From Eledone cirrhosa (Eukaryota): a stretch of 64,000 bases of DNA. Shown piece after piece: positions 54,845 through 64,000 of this stretch (within the stretch, counting starts at the first letter, position 1; each line of letters opens with the position of its first letter). Made by a program: the position numbers and the translations under genes. Where the stretch lies: the NCBI GenBank assembly GCA_964016885.1, contig OZ024745.1, forward strand, positions 128,588,001 through 128,652,000, given 5' to 3'. The notes beneath the pieces were generated by a model. That model did no database searches and had not been told where the DNA came from. It was given only the letters and a program-made list of their open reading frames with translations.

Positions 54845-55272
54845 TTGTTATACTTTGGGAGGGTCATGTTGCCAATAAGAAACGCACGCACCAGTTGTTT
54901 CACTTCAATTTATTATAATAAATTTATAAATTTAGGAATTTATAAATTTCCGGTTGGTTGGTTCCACAACCAGATGATTGTTCATATATTGTCAAAGTTC
55001 TTTCGTCACACATTCTGTGACCTCTTCAGTGACTGGGGATTCTATTCTTTGTTTTTGTGCCTCTCCTTTGTTCTGTCCTACGCCATCTTGTTTGCTTAGT
55101 TTGCGCATGTGTTACATCCGGGTGTCTGTGTGTGTGTGTTTATATTTGTTTATTTACATGTTACTGGTTGGTTGTTTGTTCTATGTGTGTGTGTGTTTTC
55201 ATTTTGTCCTTAATTGTAAGTTGTGATGTTGCTGTTCCATTCATGTTTTCTATTTAATTTTCAGAAACGAAA
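54845..55272 (-). mobile_element. Penelope-like element 3' region (pLTR-like) inserted in (TA)n
   Basis: Contains a hammerhead motif followed by AATAAA; a homologous copy lies at 63780-64000 (+). A possible ORF remnant KLNRKHE is weak support. Confidence 0.6.
54991..55033 (-). ncRNA. Minimal type I hammerhead ribozyme motif
   Basis: gtca-CTGAAGA-g-GTCACA-gaatg-TGTGAC-GAAA-gaac-TT-tgac: catalytic boxes, 6-bp stem II and stem I gtca/tgac. Confidence 0.6.
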
Positions 55273-55745
55273 TATATAATATATATATAATATATATATA
55301 ATATATATATAATATATATAATATATATAATATACGTATATTATATATATAATATATATATAATTGTTTCTACTTTAGGCACAAGGCCAGCAATTACCCA
55401 GTACATTACTGGTACTTTATTTTAATATAATATATACATATTATATAATATATATATAATATATATAATATATATAATATATATATAATATATATATATA
55501 TATAATATATATAATATATATATAATATATATACTATCCGGGAGCTTCCAACAGTAATGGTTGCATTCTTTAAGGGTATGTCAATATTTATTTATAAAAC
55601 TGATCTATATTATATTTTATCTGATGAAAGCACACCATAATTTAACTTGGTGTCCTTGAAATATGTATAATGAAATAAATATGGTTTTATAAATATAGTT
55701 TCCATTTGTTAATATCGTATATAATATATATATATATATATAATA

Positions 55746-56049
55746 TCGAAAGGTTGTGAGTTCAATTCTCAGACCGGGTGATGTGTTGTTTCCTTGAGCA
55801 AGACACTTTATTTCACATTGCTCCAGTTTACTCAGCTGTAGAAATGAGATGATAGGACTGGGGTCCCTATCATTCCACTGCAAAGTGGTCGTGGAGGTGC
55901 CACAGCAAAAAAGCACCCAGCACTCACTGTAAATGAGGTTGGTGTTAGGAAGGGCATCCAGCTGTAGAAATCAAGCCAGAATCAGTTCCCGTCCCACCCT
56001 TGCAAGCAGGGAAAAGCGGACGTAAAATGAAATGAAAAAATGAAATGAA

Positions 56050-56050
<1 letters not shown>
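55746..56050 (+). mobile_element. SINE family B, 5'-clipped
   Basis: B-box, CORE-like domain, LINE tail and (TGAAA)n end. Confidence 0.85.
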
Positions 56051-57085
<1,035 letters not shown>

Positions 57086-60000
57086 AATGGCTTCTACAGG
57101 GATAGAACTGTTTCATGGTCCTGTAGAAGCCATTTCTATATTAAACTTGATGTTTACACTCTACTAATGTATTGAGTACCTTACTAACTGTGGTTACCCC
57201 CTGATTGAACCCAGGACTTATGCACACACATATTCAAAGAAAGCCAAGGATAGTGAAGTACTACTCTATAACCTCATGTGTGTGTGTGGCAGCAGCAGTA
57301 TCTGATGGCAGTTGCTGCTATTACTAAATTACTTTCACACAGTTAATTCAGTTAACCCCTTTCATCAACTAATAGCAACACATGTAGAATGGCTACAACT
57401 ACAAGACAATTGCTACTGCTGCTATCAACTAATTCTGTTAGTTACTTGGAACTATTTCTAACCATTATCTCAATGTCATTACCCAACCTGCTTAATGCAG
57501 TAATAGCAACCAGATTTCCTTTAATATATAACATCACTAAACCTCCTTTAAAATATTAAAAGACAGACAGTCAAACTTAAAGTTGTGAGATTTGGAACAA
57601 AAGGGGTCCTAGATGTAGTTATATTAGGTATATTATATTAGCAAAACTAAGTAATGAGAAAATGGGGAAGGGGTAAAAAAGGGCAGATTTGGTTGTATGG
57701 GAAAGTAGAGGAAAGGACTATAAAAGCCATAAATGGGAGGAAAAGGAGGAGAAAAGCAATGACTGGATATAGCCAGTTTAAATGCTAAAAAGTTAATAAC
57801 ACTTTGTAGCTTTTTAGCTTGTGTTCATTCTGTTGCAAGCTTTTGGGCCATCTCGCCAAAGGATAATTCACTTTATTGCAGCAGTCTTAGAAGACCTGTA
57901 ATTGGCCAGGTAGTATCACTGAAATGGACATCCTAATTTGCATATTATTAGCATTCATGTAAGTAATTTTAATATATTTGTTGGAATTTTAGAAGGCTGA
58001 GTAGCGAGCACTTCGTGAAAACTGTGTCTGATTAAATCTAAATTTTAGTTTGGCAAAGCATGCATATCAAACGATCCATCAACCATCACTATTTTTTTGG
58101 ACACACAATATGCCCTGCTAAAAGGAACCTGCCTTTAACCTCTTGATTGCCGCACATATTTTACACAACTACAGTTGTTGTGCTGGGTTTTTTTTCCAGT
58201 CTTGTCCGTGGCACTGGAATGCATACGTTAGGTCAATTTATTGCATCTATGGTACTGAAGAGGTTAAGGTCCTTAACAGAATACCTGTCTGTGACAGTTG
58301 CAGTATGGATAAAGCATTCTAAACATGTGAACCCAAACCAAAAGACTAAACACTTTCTGTATGAATCTGTTTGTGTGCGTGTCTGCACAATATATCACTT
58401 TAATCCCGACCTGAAGCCCCTGTCAAAATTACTACCCCTAATAATAACCCCGCCACCACCAATACTCCTACCCAACACTCTGTATACAATAATGCCTCAT
58501 ACTTCAACAAGGATGCCCCTCATCTTTTAGGGGAACCTGGTCAGAACAACCCCACCGCCCCCTACATCCCAACCTATTTAACACACAGCAAGCTTAACCT
58601 CTTCTGCCCCAAGAAGATCCAAGCAATTCCAGCCATTATATATGTGTGTGTGCATTTGTTTGTATGCGTGAGTGTGAGTATGTGTGCGTGCATGCTTGTA
58701 CACACCCTTTGGTTATGTTTGTGTATAAATATATATATATATGTGTGTGTGAGTGTGTGTAACGTTAATAAACACTATAATTAATCCTTTTTCCTCCCCA
58801 CACTTTAATGGGATTACCTGTAAATCCCATTGAAAACGTCTGCCAACTTGAAAAGTATCAATGGCATTCCAGTTAGCTAGTTAATACACACTAAGCTACA
58901 CTATATATATATGTGTGTGTGTGTGCATATGTGTATATATATACACACACAGACACATATACACATGAATGCACAGATAGTACACAGAAATATGCACAAT
59001 ACTATGTGAAAAAGTATAAATATTATACACACACACACACACACAAACAAATACACACACATACATGTGAATACACAAGATAGCACACAGAAATATACAG
59101 AATATTGTGTGTGAATCAATATATACATGTGATTTAATGTATGTATGTGCACATATACTGACGTGCACATAGAAGCATCTGTTGTATTGGTTGAGAAGAA
59201 CCTCACTGAAAAATCTACATTGTTGTTGATATAGTTGAGGTTGTCACCAATGTTCCTGATGATGCTGACCACACAGAATCTAAAGTATAGTGAATGCAAC
59301 ACCTTTGTCCCGTAGACACATACTACCCCAAGCAGTCCTTTGAAAACACACACACAGAAATTACCAAGCTAAAATATTAATTGTAAGGGGAAGGGATAGG
59401 AAGCAAAGTTTGTGACACTCTCACCAAGAGAGATATGTTAATAAGGTCAACAATAATAATCCTTAGCCCCACCAGTGATCTATCATTAACCTTACAAAAA
59501 AAAAAAAAAAAAAAAAGAGGGCATGAGATTTAGATTGGTAGCCCAATACATCCCTTCTTCTTACTCTGATCCCCAATTTACTAATCCCCCACCACTAGCT
59601 CAACAGTCAAAAACAGTGTTTATGTAGCACTTAAGAAAGACATGTATATGTTTTCTATATGCAAGCAACAAACAGCAGCAGTAAGAGAATGGTCCCAATT
59701 GGTGATTCAACTCCACCACCATCACACAACAATATCTTCTATATAAGGGGTCTCTGCACTGAATATGGCCACATTAACCCTTTCACAACCCTATTAAAGG
59801 ATTTACTAGAATTATTAATTATTCCATTATTTGATTGGTACTTTATTTTAACAACCCTGGAAGGCTGAAAGTCAAAGTTGACCCGGCAGGATTGTAAAAG
59901 GTTATAACTAAATGCGCAATAGGATAAGGAAGTCAACAGACATAGGTAGCATGAAAGAGCAAAGTCAACCAGGTTATGGTACTTCTGGAAAGTAACATGC

Positions 60001-60708
60001 TATGTGTTTTCACCTTTTACCAATATCAGACAGTGGAACTGTAGTAAATCTGCTGATTGTCATTACATGTTGAAGATATGCATCACTGGAGCATTCTCTA
60101 ACAGCATGCATGTCATCGATTGAGGAATATGCTAGCAATTATTGTTTTATGTGGAGGTTATGTATATTTTTGCAGCATGCAAGTCATCTATTGAGAAATA
60201 TGCCTACCAATTGCCATTATACGTGGAGGTTAAGCACCATTGGAGCATATTCTCACAGCATGCATGTCATCCATAGAGGAATATGCCTAGCATTGGTTAT
60301 TACATGTAGCAGCTATACATTTTCTAGTGACATGCAAGTCACCCATTGTGGAATATGCCTAGCAACACAACCAAGTGGTGAGTATTCTTGCTGATGCACT
60401 AAAGCAGTGAAGCTGCATCAATGCAATGAAAATCAATAGAAAGATATATCCTGTTGTTTTCTACAGGGAGAATGAAACAACAGAGGAGTGCAAACTAAGA
60501 AAGTTGTTACCCAAGTATCTGCTTCAACATCTACTGCAATATCATAGCAGCACCCTTAATATACTGGTACTACGTAACCCAGTACAACCTGCTTCATGAT
60601 CTGCTGAGGAGGGTAAGTGGAACCCCAGCAGCATGAAAAAAAACATGAGCTGTTAAAAGGGAGGATTAACTCCTCAGTCAATGACTATACACCCAAACGA
60701 TGGGTTAA

Positions 60709-60917
60709 CCCTTTAACATTTACATTACTCTATATTAACTATTATATTTTCACACTAAAGGCTTTACCTCACATAATATCAAATCTATGAGATTTCGATG
60801 TTATATATTTTAAGAACAATACCTTAACATCAGTATGAGTGGCCAGTTGTAGCCAGTTTGAACAAAAAGAAGTGATAGAATTCTGGCCAGATATGGCCTA
60901 TTTAAAATGCTAAAGGG
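60709..60917 (+). mobile_element. piggyBac-type MITE family 1
   Basis: TTAA|CCCTTTAACATTTAC...AATGCTAAAGGG|TTTA. Confidence 0.8.
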
Positions 60918-61837
60918 TTTATTAGCATCACTAACCTGCTATTGGCAGAGTGTGGTGCGTATGGCTACACCCCTGATATGACCAAAACCAAACAGAAAGT
61001 AGTGGAGGTCAACCAGGGAGGAGTTCCTCCAACAGGAGTTCCTCCAACAGGAGTTTGAAGGCCCTGGATTGAATTGCATTCGACAAAAATATTACTGATT
61101 GTTGAACTGACAGTGTCTTACATGTGCAAGTAGACACATAAAAGATGAACCTAAAATGTCTTTTATTGTAGTCTTGAGTTGACCAATGTATTTTGAGTGG
61201 ATATGTCAAATGAAATCATCATCATCATCATTTTACATCTGCTTCCTGTGCTGTCATGAATTGGACGGGTAATTCTGGTCAATTTTTATTTGGAACTATT
61301 GTGGTTTTGAAAGGGTTATAGTGTAATGCAATAGAAATAGACAGATATAAATAGACAGCCACACATTGAAGATGGTAAGGATAAGAGAGACTGAAATAAC
61401 ACCCTGAGTGAATGACCCTGTAGCTGCGATCTGTTGGTCTCAAGGGTTTCAGAATTATTGGCAGAATATAGAAAATCAGCTGGCTTCTTTGAAAGAATAG
61501 TAAAGTGAAGTAACACTGAGCATACGGTGAAATGGCAGTTTTAACACTAATCTTCTACTTTTAAATTCAAATCCATTGCAGGTATTTTATTTTATTCTAT
61601 CCACCCTGATTGAACAGTTCACTTAGTAAACAGGAAGAGATATCAAACATTTTCAGGTGGTAGTGAATGATCACTTGTGAAAAGCAGTGTCCTCTTCTAA
61701 GAGGGCAATTTACTCCCTGTTCATTGGATGTTGAAGCGAACTGACCCCCATGGTCAAGGAAGTTTGTGAAAGGACTGGCTTAAACCTCAATCCTACAAAA
61801 ATACATCCAACAAACAATTCAAAAATTCCAGTTCCAG

Positions 61838-62126
61838 CATCAGCTATTTTGTCAAACACATCCTACACACAAAGTAAACGTCAACTAGTTTGATCCTACA
61901 CACACACAGTAAACATCAGCTATTTTGTCAAACACATCAAACACACAGTAAACATCAGCTATTTTGTCAAACACATCAAACACACAGTAAACAGCAGGTA
62001 TTTTATCAAACACATACACACAGAGAAAACATCAGCTATTATATCAAACACACACACACAGTAAACATCAGCTATTATATCAAACACATACACACAGTAA
62101 ACATCAGCTATTTTGTCAAACACATC
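61838..62126. repeat. Minisatellite of ~37-39 bp (aacatcagctattttgtcaaacacat...cagta)
   Basis: About 7 units visible. Confidence 0.85.
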
Positions 62127-62448
62127 ATACAAACATTAATAAAGATATGTAAATCCTTCTATAGTCTACTGTTTGATTTTTGTTTTGTACCCCCCCCCCC
62201 CCCCCCCCATCCCCCCAATTAAATAACTTATGTGATAAAAGTCTCAGGAATAGGTTTTTGAAAACTTTTAGAACTTTCTTTCTTTCTACTGCCTGAAGAG
62301 TTAGTTTTGGAAACTCTTGACAAAGAGAGGGAGAAAAGAAGAGAGAGAGAGACAGACAGTAGGACAGACAGAGAGGCAAACAGACAGACAGAAAGAGAGA
62401 CAGAGAAGTGATATAGTTAGCTGAATGATTTCTTTAAAAACCTAAACA

Positions 62449-62521
<73 letters not shown>

Positions 62522-63179
62522 GTCCATACTCAAGTATGTTGTGTGTCTTTATTAATACTTTGGAAATAACTAGTAAGATTAGTGGCATTTAGCCAAGTGT
62601 GTGAGTGTGTGAGAGCATAGGTGTGTGAGTGCGTGAGAGCATACGTGTGTGGATCTTTGCAAATGAGTAGCTGTGTAAAAAGAAACTTATGTAACTAAAA
62701 GTCTTCGGACACTGCTTTCTATTTATACTGCCACCACTACCTCCTCCTCCTCCTCCTCCATTATTAAAAACTTTACCAATACTGTCAACATTATCTCCAC
62801 TCCCACCACTGCTACCACCACAACTGCTACCACCACTACTACCACCACAACTACTATTACTGCCAACATCATAGCAAAACTACTACAACCACCAACGCTA
62901 AACCAAGAAATTTTCTTTGGATATTCATCAAGCAGGCTTCTCTCTCTCCCTCCCTCTCCCATTCCATCCCTCTCTCCCTCACCTTCTCTTACTCTGTCCC
63001 ATACCCTTTCCCTCCCACTCTCTCTGTGTCATACAATTATCCAAACATTTTAAATGATCCTACACACAGATATATAACTTCACTTGACAAACAGAAAAGA
63101 AAAGAGACAGACAGACAGACAGGCAAACAGACGGTTATAATGACAGATAGATAGAGGAAGTGGAGTGAGAGTAATGCAA

Positions 63180-63316
63180 CAGGAGAGAGGAGGGGGAGAG
63201 AGGGAGAGAAAGAGTGAGAGAGTGAGAGGGGTGAGAGAGAGTGAAAGAGGGAGGGTGAGAAAGAGAGAAGTAGGGAGGGAGAGAGAGAGAAAGAGAGAGA
63301 AGTAGGGAGAGAGAGG

Positions 63317-63350
<34 letters not shown>

Positions 63351-63362
63351 AGTAGGGAGAGA

Positions 63363-63404
<42 letters not shown>

Positions 63405-63580
63405 AAGAGAGAGAAGTAGGGGGAGAAGGGAGGGGGAGTGAGAGAAGTGGGGGAGAAGGGAGGGGGGAGTGAGAGTGAAGTGGGGGGGAAGGGAGGGGGG
63501 AGTGAGAGTGAAGTGGGGGAGAAGGGAGGGGGGAGTGAGAGTGAAGTGGGGGGGGGGGGGGTGAGAGAGATAGAGAGGAT
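63180..63580. repeat. Polypurine (GA)n / G-run tract
   Basis: Directly visible; repeated ggggagaagggagggggagtgag. Confidence 0.9.
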
Positions 63581-63858
63581 ATAAGTAGAGGAGAAGAAAG
63601 TTTTCAGCTCCTAACGAACTCAGCAGAGCAGAGTACTAATTAAGGTGACATTCCATATCCTCAGGTCATGAAGAGGGGATACAATCAAACACACAATTAC
63701 ACAAGCTAGGATCACACTCTAAATAATCGTGGGCAGGTAACAAAATCAATACTGGTTCAAACCTTGCACAAGTCACTGTCTTTATGTATATACACAACAC
63801 ACAAAAACAAGATGGTGTAGGGCAGAACAAAGGAGAGACACAAAAAAATAAAAACCTA

Positions 63859-63901
63859 GCCACTGAGGAGGTCACAGAATGTGTGACGAAAGAGCTTTGA
63901 C
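63859..63901 (+). ncRNA. Minimal type I hammerhead ribozyme motif (second copy)
   Basis: gcca-CTGAGGA-g-GTCACA-gaatg-TGTGAC-GAAA-gagc-TT-tgac, within a homologue of the 54.9-55.1 kb repeat. Confidence 0.55.
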
Positions 63902-64000
63902 AATATATAAACAACCTTCCAGTTATCGAACCAACCAGCCAACCTACCGGAAACTTACAATAAATTGAAGTGAAAACCAACAGGTGCGTGTGTTTTTATT

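Overview
AT-rich, microsatellite-dense eukaryotic DNA. The repeat content suggests an octopod cephalopod, which is an inference and not a database match. One protein-coding gene is well supported: a minus-strand nuclear receptor of the NR1J group (HR96/DAF-12-like). I reconstructed it from three GT-AG, phase-compatible coding exons (18850-18650, 13169-13003, 9677-8894; 383 aa). The middle exon, which encodes the second zinc finger, is absent from the ORF track, and the whole ligand-binding domain lies in one exon. The rest of the window is intronic or intergenic. It holds RTE-clade LINE 3' fragments, two tRNA-derived SINE families (one CORE-like and sharing its tail with the RTE LINE), two TTAA-flanked piggyBac-type MITE families, a short Helitron-like element, a Tc1/mariner-type MITE, minisatellites and very long (TA)n tracts. 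The most unusual signals are two copies of a minimal hammerhead-ribozyme motif in a Penelope-like repeat, a ~290-bp-arm foldback, and several asymmetric hairpin elements sitting in (TA)n tracts. Nearly all other ORFs in the track are microsatellite artefacts. Repeat boundaries were read by eye and are approximate.
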